Source: Chitinophaga sp. (lineage in GTDB: Bacteria; Bacteroidota; Bacteroidia; Chitinophagales; Chitinophagaceae). Taken from it: a DNA stretch of 50,374 bases. Below the pieces are notes generated by a model, which saw only the letters and a list, made by a program, of their open reading frames with translations, did no database searches and was not told the DNA's origin. The translations under genes were made by a program, and so were the position numbers. Location: positions 1-50,374 of the forward strand of contig NZ_DATCRF010000365.1 in NCBI RefSeq assembly GCF_036569125.1. The letters run 5' to 3'. Shown here piece after piece: positions 37,003-46,472 of the stretch (its first letter is position 1; each line of letters begins with the position of its first letter).

Positions 37003-37266
37003 GTGGACAACTTTTTACTGAAATTTGAATACAAAGGGCACCCGCATATCCTGGAGGTAAAGACCTGGGACCAGCAATATAAAACCGTTTATAAGGTGAT
37101 CATACAGCAGCATGAAATTACCTTTGAGCCGGATGAAGAAGGCTACCCGCGCGCCATTGCAGATAACCATGACCAGGCAGGAAATATAGATGCCGGCCTG
37201 CTGGAAGAGGTAGCGCAGCGTATAGCCGCCCACGTAAATGGCGAAGGAACGGCCGGTGCTGAGTAA
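37003..37266 (+). CDS. Small hypothetical protein
   Basis: 87 aa with FEPDEEG.YRA-like motif; upstream promoter match; fits the intergenic space. Confidence 0.7.
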   Translation: MDNFLLKFEYKGHPHILEVKTWDQQYKTVYKVIIQQHEITFEPDEEGYPRAIADNHDQAGNIDAGLLEEVAQRIAAHVNGEGTAGAE

Positions 37267-37286
37267 CCGGAAGTGAAAAATAAATA

Positions 37287-39224
37287 CTACGTATTTTCTT
37301 TTTTTACATTCAATATTTCTGCACTACCACTGGCGCCCGGTATTTCATTTACTTCCGGGTTTCCTTCTTCTTCCATCAGGGAGCGTTCATCCCAGCTCAG
37401 TATTTCATCGTTCCAGGGTTTAACCTTATCCGTTTGAATGAGCGTGGACATTTCTTCAATACGTTCCTTAAAAGTATTCAGGTAGGTTTTGCGGTCATCG
37501 CGCAGGGCCGATAGCTCTTTCAGCGCCTTTTCATCATGCTGCCGGAAAGTGCTGGCAGCGCGGCGCGCATTATAGGCGCGGAAACCCAGCATATGCAGCG
37601 CATCGGCGCCCATGCGCAGGGAAGTATCCAGCGATTCCCGGTAAATATGCAGCACGCCCAGCTCCATCAGGTCAAAGGTATCCGGTATGGTAGCCGCCTT
37701 TACCAGCATTTGCAGGTTGGGAAAATGCTGGCGCACCACTTTTACTATTTCCGTTGTTTGGTCAATAGTATCCGTAGCAATAATAATTATTTTAGCCTCT
37801 GCCGCGCCGGCGGCATGCAGCAGGTCCTGGCGGGATGCGTCACCGTAATAGGCGCGTATACCCAGGTTATGCAGCATATCTATGCGGTCAGAGTCCAGGT
37901 CCAGGATAGTAGTAGGCACGCCATTGGCCAGCAAAAAGCGGCCGATCACATTCCCTGTTTTTCCAAAACCGGCCAGTATCACCGGGTTCTTTTCGGCAAT
38001 GGCATCTGCCTCCCGGGTATTGTTTTCCGTAATGGTAAAGCGGGGCTGCAACAGCTTTTCATAAAGCAGTATCACCAGCGGCGTAAAGGCCATGCTAAGC
38101 GCCACTACGGCCGTCATCATGCTGGCAGTGGTATCCGGCAGTATACCGTTTTGGCGGGTAAAGGACAGCAGCACAAAAGCAAATTCACCTACCTGCGATA
38201 AGCTGTAGCCAAACAGCAGGTTCTGGTCCGTGCTTAGCTTAAATATTTTACCCAGGCCCATTAAGATCAGGCATTTCACCATCATCAGGGCCAGCACCAG
38301 CCCTACCATCATCAGGGGGTGGGCAAATATCAGCTTAAAGTCTATAGAAGCGCCTACGGCAATAAAGAACAGTCCTAACAGCAAACCTTTAAAAGGTTCT
38401 ATATCGCTTTCCAGCTCATGCCGGTATTCACTATTGGCCAGCACCACCCCGCCTAAGAATGCGCCCAGCGCGGGGCTCAGGCCCACTAAGGTCATGAGCA
38501 CGGAGATGCCTACTACCAGCAGCAGCGCAAAGGTGGTGAACAGCTCCCGCACCCGTACCTGCGCCACCAGCCGCAGTAGCGGCCTTACCAGGTAACGCCC
38601 TGCCAGTATAATGGTGATCACCGCGCCAAACACCATCAGCGTTTGCATCCAGCCGGGCAGCCCCTCCCTGGCGGTATGCCCGCCGGTGCTGGTAACAGCG
38701 CCCACCGGGGCCAGTAAGGGAAAAATAGCCAGCATGGGAATTACGGCAATATCCTGGAACAGCAGCACGGAAAAAGCGCTTTGTCCTGCAGCAGAAGGCA
38801 TCCAGCCTTTTTCTTTTAAGATCTGTAATACAATGGCGGTAGAAGAAAGGGAGAACGTCATACCCAGCGCCAGCGCCGCATTCCAGGGCTGTCCCATCCA
38901 CCAGGCAATAACAGAGATCACAGCGGTGCTGATCAGCACCTGCATACCGCCCAAACCAATAATGGGCGCGCGCAGCTTCCAGAGCAGCGAAGGCTCCAGC
39001 TCAATACCTATCAGGAACAGCATCATTACCACGCCAAACTCCGCAAAGTGCAGAATATCCTGCCCTTCAGCGCCAATGAACCCCATTACATTCGGCCCTA
39101 TGAAAATGCCGGCCAGCAGGTAGCCCAGCACAGATCCCAGCCCCAGCTTTTTAGCCACCGGTACACATACTACCGCCGCGGCCAGGTATATCATGGCAGT
39201 AAAGAAAAAGGAATGCTCGTTCAT
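37287..39224 (-). CDS. kefB: KefB/KefC-type potassium efflux CPA2 antiporter with KTN domain
   Basis: LGSVLGYL, AEFGVVMMLF, RHELESDIEPFKGLLLGLFF, QVGEFAFV, AGFGKTG, YYGDASR; KefB versus KefC cannot be resolved by eye. Confidence 0.9.
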   Translation of the reverse strand: MNEHSFFFTAMIYLAAAVVCVPVAKKLGLGSVLGYLLAGIFIGPNVMGFIGAEGQDILHFAEFGVVMMLFLIGIELEPSLLWKLRAPIIGLGGMQVLISTAVISVIAWWMGQPWNAALALGMTFSLSSTAIVLQILKEKGWMPSAAGQSAFSVLLFQDIAVIPMLAIFPLLAPVGAVTSTGGHTAREGLPGWMQTLMVFGAVITIILAGRYLVRPLLRLVAQVRVRELFTTFALLLVVGISVLMTLVGLSPALGAFLGGVVLANSEYRHELESDIEPFKGLLLGLFFIAVGASIDFKLIFAHPLMMVGLVLALMMVKCLILMGLGKIFKLSTDQNLLFGYSLSQVGEFAFVLLSFTRQNGILPDTTASMMTAVVALSMAFTPLVILLYEKLLQPRFTITENNTREADAIAEKNPVILAGFGKTGNVIGRFLLANGVPTTILDLDSDRIDMLHNLGIRAYYGDASRQDLLHAAGAAEAKIIIIATDTIDQTTEIVKVVRQHFPNLQMLVKAATIPDTFDLMELGVLHIYRESLDTSLRMGADALHMLGFRAYNARRAASTFRQHDEKALKELSALRDDRKTYLNTFKERIEEMSTLIQTDKVKPWNDEILSWDERSLMEEEGNPEVNEIPGASGSAEILNVKKENT

Positions 39225-39293
39225 CCGTACAAAGGTTTAAGAAGGTTGGCAAATGGTTGCTGCCCGTATTATATTAAACATTGAAAAGTGCTG

Positions 39294-39899
39294 TCAGTTA
39301 TGCTCACTGATCTGCGCTATCAGATCATTCAGGTAGGTGGCTTCCTGCAGCATGGCCGGGCTGTACTTATCATCCCGCAGGGCTTCCAGCGTTTCCCGGT
39401 ATTGCATGCAGCAAAAAGGCAGGTCCTGCCGTTTCAGGCGGTGAGTGCCATGTATTACAAAAGGCGGCAAATATTCCATGTTACAAAGACGGGCCGTTTG
39501 CCGGAAGGGCAGCAGAAAATCATGAATAGTACAGCCATGGTGCCCTTCAACCGTATATGATTGCTGTGAGCCGCCGGTGCTGATCACATTGCCCATCCGC
39601 TTGCCGCTTAAGGCTTTGCCGTTATGCCCGTAGGCCCATCCATGTTCCAGCACCAGGTCCTGCCACTGTTTAATAATGGCCGGTGCGCTGTACCAGTAAA
39701 ACGGGTGTTGGAAAAGAATAATATCGTGCTGCAGCAACAGCGCCTGTTCCCGGTCTGCATCTATATTCAGATCGGGATATACCTCGTACAGGTCATGCAG
39801 CGTAACGCCCTGCGTGCCTTTGATGTTCTTTAGCAAGCCGGCATGTATGCGTGATTTCTCCAGCGCAGGATGCGCAAACAGAATGAGTATCTTTGCCAT
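39294..39899 (-). CDS. kefG: KefG/KefF-type NAD(P)H oxidoreductase (Kef ancillary protein)
   Basis: ILILFAHP, HDLYEVYPD, QHPFYWYSAPA..KQWQD.VLEHGWAYG; adjacent to the Kef antiporter. Start moved to 39899. Confidence 0.88.
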   Translation of the reverse strand: MAKILILFAHPALEKSRIHAGLLKNIKGTQGVTLHDLYEVYPDLNIDADREQALLLQHDIILFQHPFYWYSAPAIIKQWQDLVLEHGWAYGHNGKALSGKRMGNVISTGGSQQSYTVEGHHGCTIHDFLLPFRQTARLCNMEYLPPFVIHGTHRLKRQDLPFCCMQYRETLEALRDDKYSPAMLQEATYLNDLIAQISEHN

Positions 39900-39902
39900 G
39901 CA

Positions 39903-39991
39903 ATAAATTAACAATTAATAATGAACAATTAATAATAATTGGGAAACACTTCATACGATTATTAATTCTTAATTATTCATTCTTAATTAAT
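39903..39991. repeat. Short inverted AT-rich heptamer arrays (AATTAAT/AATGAAC type)
   Basis: aattaac-aattaat-aatgaac-aattaat, then inverted attatta-attctta-attattc-attctta-att, overlapping the ClC stop codon. Confidence 0.6.
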
Positions 39992-41840
39992 CATCGTTGG
40001 AGTACTCCTGTAACAGTTGTCTATAGCGATTCAGGATACCGGATTTCGATACAAATCCCAGCAGGCGGTTCTGCTCCACCACCGGCAGGTTCCAGCTATG
40101 GGTCTCATCCAGCTTTTGCATTACAAAAGCAGCGCTGTCCTCCGGGTGCACCAGTGCGGGCGGCGCTTTCATCAGCTCCCTTACAGTAGTGGTATCGTAC
40201 AGGGAAGGGTTAAACATAATAGGCCGTATATCTTCCAGTGTAATAATACCTTCCAGGAATTGCTGCTGGTTCACTACCGCCACCATATTCCGTTTACCCT
40301 GTTTCACCAGCTCCACCAGCTGCCGCAGGGAAGCTTGTATATCTATCTGCTGCACATCCTTTTCAATCAGCGGCTCAATTTTCAGGATGGATAATATATT
40401 GCGGTCATGCTCGCGGGTAAAGATCTTACCTGCATCTGCCAGCTCTTTCAGGTCCGGTGAAATGGGGGAGAACCATTTGCCTATCAGGAAAGAAATCGTG
40501 GATACCAGCATCAGCGGAATAAACAGGTCGTACCCCGAGCTGGATTCTGCGATCAGGAAAATAGCGGTTAACGGAGCATACAGCACACCGCTCATTACGC
40601 CGGCCATGCCCACAATCACCAGGTTCACCACCGGCACATCCTTCATACCTGCCTGCTCGCATACCATGGCAAAAAAATAACCCAGGAAACCGCCTGCAAA
40701 CAAGGATGGTGCAAAGTTACCGCCATTGCCTCCGCTATGAATGGTAAAGGAAGTGGCAAACACTTTCAGCAGGCATACGCTGCCCGCAAACAGCAGCACG
40801 ATCCAGTTTTCAAGATGTACGTACCGTAAAAAGCTGTGCTCTATAATATTACCTGCATCGCCGTTCACCAGCAGCTTTACAGAGGTGTAACCTTCCCCGA
40901 ACAGCGGCGGCATCATCACACACAACACCGCTACCACCCCGCCGCCCAGCATGGCCTTTTGCAGCTTGCTCCATTGCCGGCGGTGAAAAAAATGTTCCAC
41001 CCACTGGGAAAGCACTACAAAGTAGCGGGCATACAACCCGCATAGGATGGAGAGTATAATGTAGTAAGGAAGATTATGATAATTAAAAGGCTCGCGCGAT
41101 TGAAAGTGGAACAATACCTCCTCCTGCAAAATAACCTTGGATAAAAGGCTGCCGCATACGGCCGCCAGTATCAGCGGAATAAAATCAGAGAACACCACGC
41201 CGGTGAGCAATATCTCAAACGCGAACATCATACCTGCAATGGGTGCATTAAAGGCAGCCGCAATACCGGCCGTAGCGCCGGCTGCCAGCAGCAGCGTTCT
41301 TTCCTTATAGCCTAAGTGGTAAATGCGTGCATAGTTGGAGCCGATGGCCGCGCCTGTTACCGCTATGGGGCTTTCCAGCCCGGCAGAGCCGCCCAGGCCC
41401 ACGGTTACTGCACTTTGTAAGATCTGTGAATACATTTTAACAGCCGGCACCAGGCTGCTGTTCTGCGCTATTTCATACAAAATAGCCGGAATGCCTTTGC
41501 GTGCCTGCCCTTTAAAGAACCAGATCACCATCAGCGTGGTAAGCACAATACCCAGGAAAGGGAACAGCGCATAAAATATGATCTGTGTGCTGAAATGTAC
41601 TTTATACGTAATAACATAATGAATGTAATGCACCAGCATTTTCAGCGCCACACCGCCCAGCCCGGCAGCAGTACCAACCAGTATACCGGATAGCATCAGG
41701 AACTGGGTGCGGCTCATTTTGCTGTGCAGCCAATGAATAATGATCTCGTAGCTCCGGGCCTTTTTCAGGCTGTACCGCTCAAAATCCTGTTTAAATCTGA
41801 AAAAGCTATGGTATTTCCGTATCCGGCTGTAATGGCTCAT
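39987..41840 (-). CDS. ClC-family chloride channel/transporter with two CBS domains
   Basis: GIP, GGSAGLESP, FNAPIAG, GGNGGNFAPSLF motifs, C-terminal CBS pair. Start moved to the ATG at 41840. Confidence 0.93.
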   Translation of the reverse strand: MSHYSRIRKYHSFFRFKQDFERYSLKKARSYEIIIHWLHSKMSRTQFLMLSGILVGTAAGLGGVALKMLVHYIHYVITYKVHFSTQIIFYALFPFLGIVLTTLMVIWFFKGQARKGIPAILYEIAQNSSLVPAVKMYSQILQSAVTVGLGGSAGLESPIAVTGAAIGSNYARIYHLGYKERTLLLAAGATAGIAAAFNAPIAGMMFAFEILLTGVVFSDFIPLILAAVCGSLLSKVILQEEVLFHFQSREPFNYHNLPYYIILSILCGLYARYFVVLSQWVEHFFHRRQWSKLQKAMLGGGVVAVLCVMMPPLFGEGYTSVKLLVNGDAGNIIEHSFLRYVHLENWIVLLFAGSVCLLKVFATSFTIHSGGNGGNFAPSLFAGGFLGYFFAMVCEQAGMKDVPVVNLVIVGMAGVMSGVLYAPLTAIFLIAESSSGYDLFIPLMLVSTISFLIGKWFSPISPDLKELADAGKIFTREHDRNILSILKIEPLIEKDVQQIDIQASLRQLVELVKQGKRNMVAVVNQQQFLEGIITLEDIRPIMFNPSLYDTTTVRELMKAPPALVHPEDSAAFVMQKLDETHSWNLPVVEQNRLLGFVSKSGILNRYRQLLQEYSNDD

Positions 41841-41844
41841 GGTG

Positions 41845-41852
41845 CAAATGTA
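41845..41852 (-). promoter_or_regulatory. -7 promoter element TACATTTG, 4 nt before the ClC start (leaderless-type)
   Basis: Minus strand reads tacatttg-cacc-ATG. Confidence 0.6.
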
Positions 41853-41899
41853 ATAAAGTATGGTTAGTGATGGCCTGCGGGCCATCGCTGACCATACTG

Positions 41900-42100
41900 G
41901 TCCATGGTCGATGGTCCATAGTCCATGGCATGGTTCAGGATTGTAAATAATACGTTAACAGGTAGTTGCAGTTCATCACGCTAAACAAGCTATACGAACT
42001 ATGCAATGGGCCGTAAACCGTCGTCCGTGGACAGCAGCCCATTCAACGAGCAACCCGCCATACGCACTAGGCCATGGTCTATGGACCATCGACCATAGAC
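41900..42100. mobile_element. MITE/REPIN-like element, copy 2 (30-bp terminal inverted repeats of GTCCATG heptamers)
   Basis: 41900-41929 and 42071-42100 are inverted repeats with 2 mismatches; interior aligns with the reverse complement of copy 1. Confidence 0.7.
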
Positions 42101-42129
42101 TGTGCTTATAGAATTGTGAGCCGACAGGC

Positions 42130-43038
42130 TCATAATTCTATAAGCGCATACACCTTATCATTCATATAAGGGCCGCCGGGGTGGCGGGCGGTATAATCCA
42201 GGTTTATCCAGTAGCTGCCTTTCATTTCGTGGTAATAGATCTCCTTTACTGCCGGCCGGGGAAAAAGTGTGATAATAGCCTGTTTCATGGCCTCAAAATC
42301 TTCTTTGCTGCCGCAGTACAGCTCCGGGTAAGCATGCCCCTGGATAAGCACAATACGGCATTGGGCGCCAATGGATTGCAGGCAGGCCGCCATAAGAATG
42401 GAGTGATCATCACAATCCCCACCCAGCCCGTTTAAGATGGTTTCACGGGCCGTGGCAAAATATTCATCACGCCGGGTATCCTGCACATATTTGAAATGGG
42501 TGTTAATGTAGCGGAACAGGGAAAGAAAGCGTACCACCCGCCCATACTTTGGAAAATATTCATCAAAATCTTCCAGGGAGTGCCGCACAGAAAAGTTGCG
42601 TACCACAGAATCCTGGAAATCCACCCGCGACTTTATGCCCCGTACGGTTTTATCCCGGTAGGTTTCCACACGGCGGGGGTACAGGCTTAAAATGTCCAGC
42701 TGCTTGCTGTCCTTGGCGCCCCAGTTGCCCTGTACCACGCCTTTATAATCGTTTAAAACGTTGCTAAAGCTGTAGCTGTCAGTGAAGTAGTTGAATACCA
42801 GCACCCCGCATACCAGCAAAAACGCCGGTATGATCAGCGGTTTAAAGATCCACAGCAGCAGGCGGGTAAATAAAAAGGAAAGGATAATGGCCACCATCAT
42901 ATCCAGGTGCCAGCCACCGGCCACTATTTGTGGCAGGTACCGGTTCAGGTACGGCGCCAGGGGCAGCACGGTTAACAGGCTCAATAGGTTGAGCAGGAAT
43001 TGCTGCAGGCCGGAGTATCTGCTTTCATCAATTGCCAT
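42130..43038 (-). CDS. Membrane-anchored transglutaminase-like domain protein
   Basis: Three N-terminal TM helices; Cys-His-Asp triad motifs GDCDDH, GHAY, WINLD. Confidence 0.85.
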   Translation of the reverse strand: MAIDESRYSGLQQFLLNLLSLLTVLPLAPYLNRYLPQIVAGGWHLDMMVAIILSFLFTRLLLWIFKPLIIPAFLLVCGVLVFNYFTDSYSFSNVLNDYKGVVQGNWGAKDSKQLDILSLYPRRVETYRDKTVRGIKSRVDFQDSVVRNFSVRHSLEDFDEYFPKYGRVVRFLSLFRYINTHFKYVQDTRRDEYFATARETILNGLGGDCDDHSILMAACLQSIGAQCRIVLIQGHAYPELYCGSKEDFEAMKQAIITLFPRPAVKEIYYHEMKGSYWINLDYTARHPGGPYMNDKVYALIEL

Positions 43039-43085
43039 TCATATGAAGGTAAAATGTAAATTACAAATGTAATCATTCTACCTCT

Positions 43086-45647
43086 TTACCATAACCGGGC
43101 CGTTTGTTTAAAGGAGGTGCTTTTATGGAAAAGTTCTACCTGTTGCTGCGCCTGATCCAGCTGTTTTTCCAGCTGCAGCTGTTTATAGATCCTCCGCAGC
43201 AGGGAAAAGTTCAGGAGCGCCAGCAGCTTCAGGTCCTGCTTCAGCGCTATTTCCATAGCCCCTTCTGCCGTACGCAGTGCCTTGCTATACTCCTGCCGGT
43301 TATCATACACCTGCGCCATAATGATCTTTTGCAGCGTTTCCACATGCCGCATACAGTAATGGTCCGTTGCGTTTTTGCTCAGTACCGTGTCTACATGGCG
43401 GCATATTTTGGAAGCCGTGTCCGGGTCTCCCAGCTGCAGCTGTGCATAGGCCTGCCAGCAAAGCAGTACCTGGCGTAAGCTGTCCGTAGTGCGGTAGGGC
43501 AGGGCAGGGTGATAGGCAAACAAGCGTTTGCTGAAGTTAAACAGGTGCTCATAATCTTCCAGCAGCAGGAATATAAATCCCATGTTACGGTACACAATTT
43601 CCTGCGCCACGGTAATAGACTGCCGGCTGCTGCCATTCCAGTAGCGTGTATAATCGTAGATCTTTTCACGGATGCCTTCATTCACGATCCCGAATTTCAT
43701 ATACTCATAAATGAACAGGCATATTTCATAGGGACTTAGCCACAACCCTTCATCCTGCGGTTCTTTGGCGCAGATCTTCTTAATGTTGTTCAGCTCCTGC
43801 TCGCACTGTTCCGCATCCAGCTGCAGCAGCGCCAGGCGGAACAGGATGCTGCGTATCTTCAGCCGGTCTTCCGGCGCCTCGGCCAGTGTAAGCAATGCGG
43901 TAAGCACCTTGCGTTTGCCGGGGTGCAAAAAGTCATCGCTGATAAAGCTGTTCAGCGGGTACTTTTTAAAATAGCCGGGCGGAAAAACATGCTTCAGGTC
44001 CTGCTGCCGGTCGCCCTCCTGCTGGTAGTGCAGCACCAGGTATTCCAGCAGCACAGATTTTTCGGGGGCGGAAAGCGGCAGGCAAAGTATTTTATGCACG
44101 CTGTCTGTTTGCCGCTGGTTAATAGCATACCGCAGCAGCCATTTAAATATGCTGCCCCGGTAAGCAGATGCGGGGAAATGCGTAAGGATCTGCTGCAGCA
44201 TATCGTCTGTAAGCTGCCCGCTTTCCCGCACAAAATGCATGGCGGTAAAATATTCCAGCAGAAAGTTATGCGCAAAGCGCACCTTCACATGGAACATGAT
44301 CTCCTGGCTCAGGTTTTCCTCCACCAGTATATTATCGGCCAGCAGCTCTTTATACGCTTGTACAAGGGCCATATCCTGCTGGTTCAGCAACAGCATCTTA
44401 TCCGTGTACTGTCCGTTACGTCCATAGTCCAGCAGGTCCAGCAGCTGGTCAAGGATCCTGATCTTAAAGGAATTATTCTGGGAATTAAACACCCGCTGCT
44501 GCACAAACCGCGATACGATCTCAAAAAGGCTCAGGTGCTCATCTATAAACGATTGGTCCGGCCCTGCATTCAGCTGGCAAAAGAGCTGCAGGTAATAAGG
44601 GTAACGCAGCTTTTGCAGGAAGGGTTCACTGAAAGTGCGTACCGTTACCGGGTTAAACTGATGATTGTATAAAACGGATTTTACTTCCTGTTCAGTAAGC
44701 AGGGGCAGATTGGTATTGGTTTCTTCATCCATTTCAGCGCCTACATACCAGTAGCGGCGAAAGGCAGGGTACTGCACGGAGTGCTGGAAGATCTCTGACC
44801 AGGTATTGCTGCGGATAGAAAGGATCACTTTCACCCAGGGGAACAGATCGTTGGAATACACAAAGTCTTCCAGCTTGGTGTACATAAGGCGCAGCTTATC
44901 GCCTGCCACAGCTATTTCATCAAAGCCGTCTATGATCAGCACCAGGCGGCCGCCCTTCTTATCAAAATTACGGGCAAAGTATTCCCGGAAGTTTTCACCG
45001 CTGCCAAGATTCAGCTGGTTATCCAGCCAGGATGAGAGGGAGAAGCCTTTTAACAGCAGGCTGCCGGCTGCATGCGCATGTATGAACCAGCAGATATCCT
45101 GTTTGTAACGGGCCTCCCGGCCAAACCAGAAATGCTCGGCTAAATGAACTAATGTAACGGATTTACCCCAGCCGGAAGGTGCAATAAGTGCAGTAGCTGC
45201 ATAGTCGCTTTCCAGGAAACGTTCAATATGCGCGGTGCAGTATTGCCGCGGTACAGTGTAGTTAAAAGGAATGCCGGAACGGTTCTTTAAGGTTACAATG
45301 GTGTAATAGGAAACAGCGTCTGCCTTATTCTTAAGATCAGACCATTTATCGTTATCAACAATAATATCTCCACTCAGCTGCTTGTATTGATGGGTTTGAA
45401 AATCTTCCCAATCCTTATACCGGCAATATTGCGATAAGGTGTTCAGTGTATAACGCGAAAAACTATGCTGGGCAACAGCAAAACCAAATACACGTTTAAG
45501 TGTGGTTTCACTTACCAGCTTAGTTGTGGCGTCCAGGATAGATTGGGAGAGATGCTTACAATCCCCCGGTAACATTACTTCCACGCCAAATCTATACAGC
45601 ACTTCTTTTTGCAGCGCTACGATAAAATCATAGGATAGATCTATCAT
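43086..45647 (-). CDS. STAND/NACHT-like P-loop NTPase with N-terminal putative HTH and C-terminal helical/TPR region
   Basis: SETTLKRVFG...SRYTLNTLSQY N-terminal domain; Walker A APSGWGKS; Walker B LIIDGFDE; PYYLQL and FAHNFLLEYFTA winged-helix-like motif; helical C-terminus. Start 45656 (TTG) or 45647. Confidence 0.8.
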   Translation of the reverse strand: MIDLSYDFIVALQKEVLYRFGVEVMLPGDCKHLSQSILDATTKLVSETTLKRVFGFAVAQHSFSRYTLNTLSQYCRYKDWEDFQTHQYKQLSGDIIVDNDKWSDLKNKADAVSYYTIVTLKNRSGIPFNYTVPRQYCTAHIERFLESDYAATALIAPSGWGKSVTLVHLAEHFWFGREARYKQDICWFIHAHAAGSLLLKGFSLSSWLDNQLNLGSGENFREYFARNFDKKGGRLVLIIDGFDEIAVAGDKLRLMYTKLEDFVYSNDLFPWVKVILSIRSNTWSEIFQHSVQYPAFRRYWYVGAEMDEETNTNLPLLTEQEVKSVLYNHQFNPVTVRTFSEPFLQKLRYPYYLQLFCQLNAGPDQSFIDEHLSLFEIVSRFVQQRVFNSQNNSFKIRILDQLLDLLDYGRNGQYTDKMLLLNQQDMALVQAYKELLADNILVEENLSQEIMFHVKVRFAHNFLLEYFTAMHFVRESGQLTDDMLQQILTHFPASAYRGSIFKWLLRYAINQRQTDSVHKILCLPLSAPEKSVLLEYLVLHYQQEGDRQQDLKHVFPPGYFKKYPLNSFISDDFLHPGKRKVLTALLTLAEAPEDRLKIRSILFRLALLQLDAEQCEQELNNIKKICAKEPQDEGLWLSPYEICLFIYEYMKFGIVNEGIREKIYDYTRYWNGSSRQSITVAQEIVYRNMGFIFLLLEDYEHLFNFSKRLFAYHPALPYRTTDSLRQVLLCWQAYAQLQLGDPDTASKICRHVDTVLSKNATDHYCMRHVETLQKIIMAQVYDNRQEYSKALRTAEGAMEIALKQDLKLLALLNFSLLRRIYKQLQLEKQLDQAQQQVELFHKSTSFKQTARLW

Positions 45648-46472
45648 AGGGAACAATAATGGATTTTAGGTGATTGACTTTAGATTTCCATGAATAGTTA
45701 CGTATAGATTACACATTTAGATTTTTATTTAGCAAAATAGATCGGCTGCAATAGCAGTGATAACAAATGTTAGATAGGTCCGGCTGCTAAAATATTGCAT
45801 GGCTTTAGAGGGAAAATATTATATCTAACAGTATGATCACACATTAATATTCCCATGAAGAATATTTTTGCAATCGATACCGGTTACTGCATTACTGATA
45901 CGGTTATTCTTATCAGCTATTTAAATGAGTAGTGAAACTGCGCTTCAATTGCAGGCGTTGTTTTTAAGCAGTGTAAGGGTAGTCTGATTCGGGTGTTATT
46001 GGTATGCTTCCCTCCTAAAAAGGCTCCGTAATTGCTGCGCAACCCTAGTGCAACTCTACCCCCCTACATAAAACCCTACATCTTTTTTCCGCGTTTACAT
46101 ATCGCCGTTCTATAAAATGCGGAGCTCCTGATATATTTCCTCTCACAACAATTCTTAAATGAACAAAATGAACAAAACGATATTTACTGAATAAGTCTGA
46201 ACATAGGCGCTTACATGAATGAAATGAATTTTCGTTTCCTCCCTTTTGAGAGTACTTTCGTTAGGCGAATACAATAACACTTCTTTAACAGATTGTGAAA
46301 AATGCTATACCGATAAGTTGTGATTTTGCTTTCAATTTAATCTGCTAGTAAGAAACTTAAGATCCGTTTGAAACCTTACTCCCCGTTCGTAACCTGGCCA
46401 GAGTTTAGATGCATAGTGATCACTATGTAAAACCAAAACGCATTATATCTACCAAACTAATATTTGCTGTCT

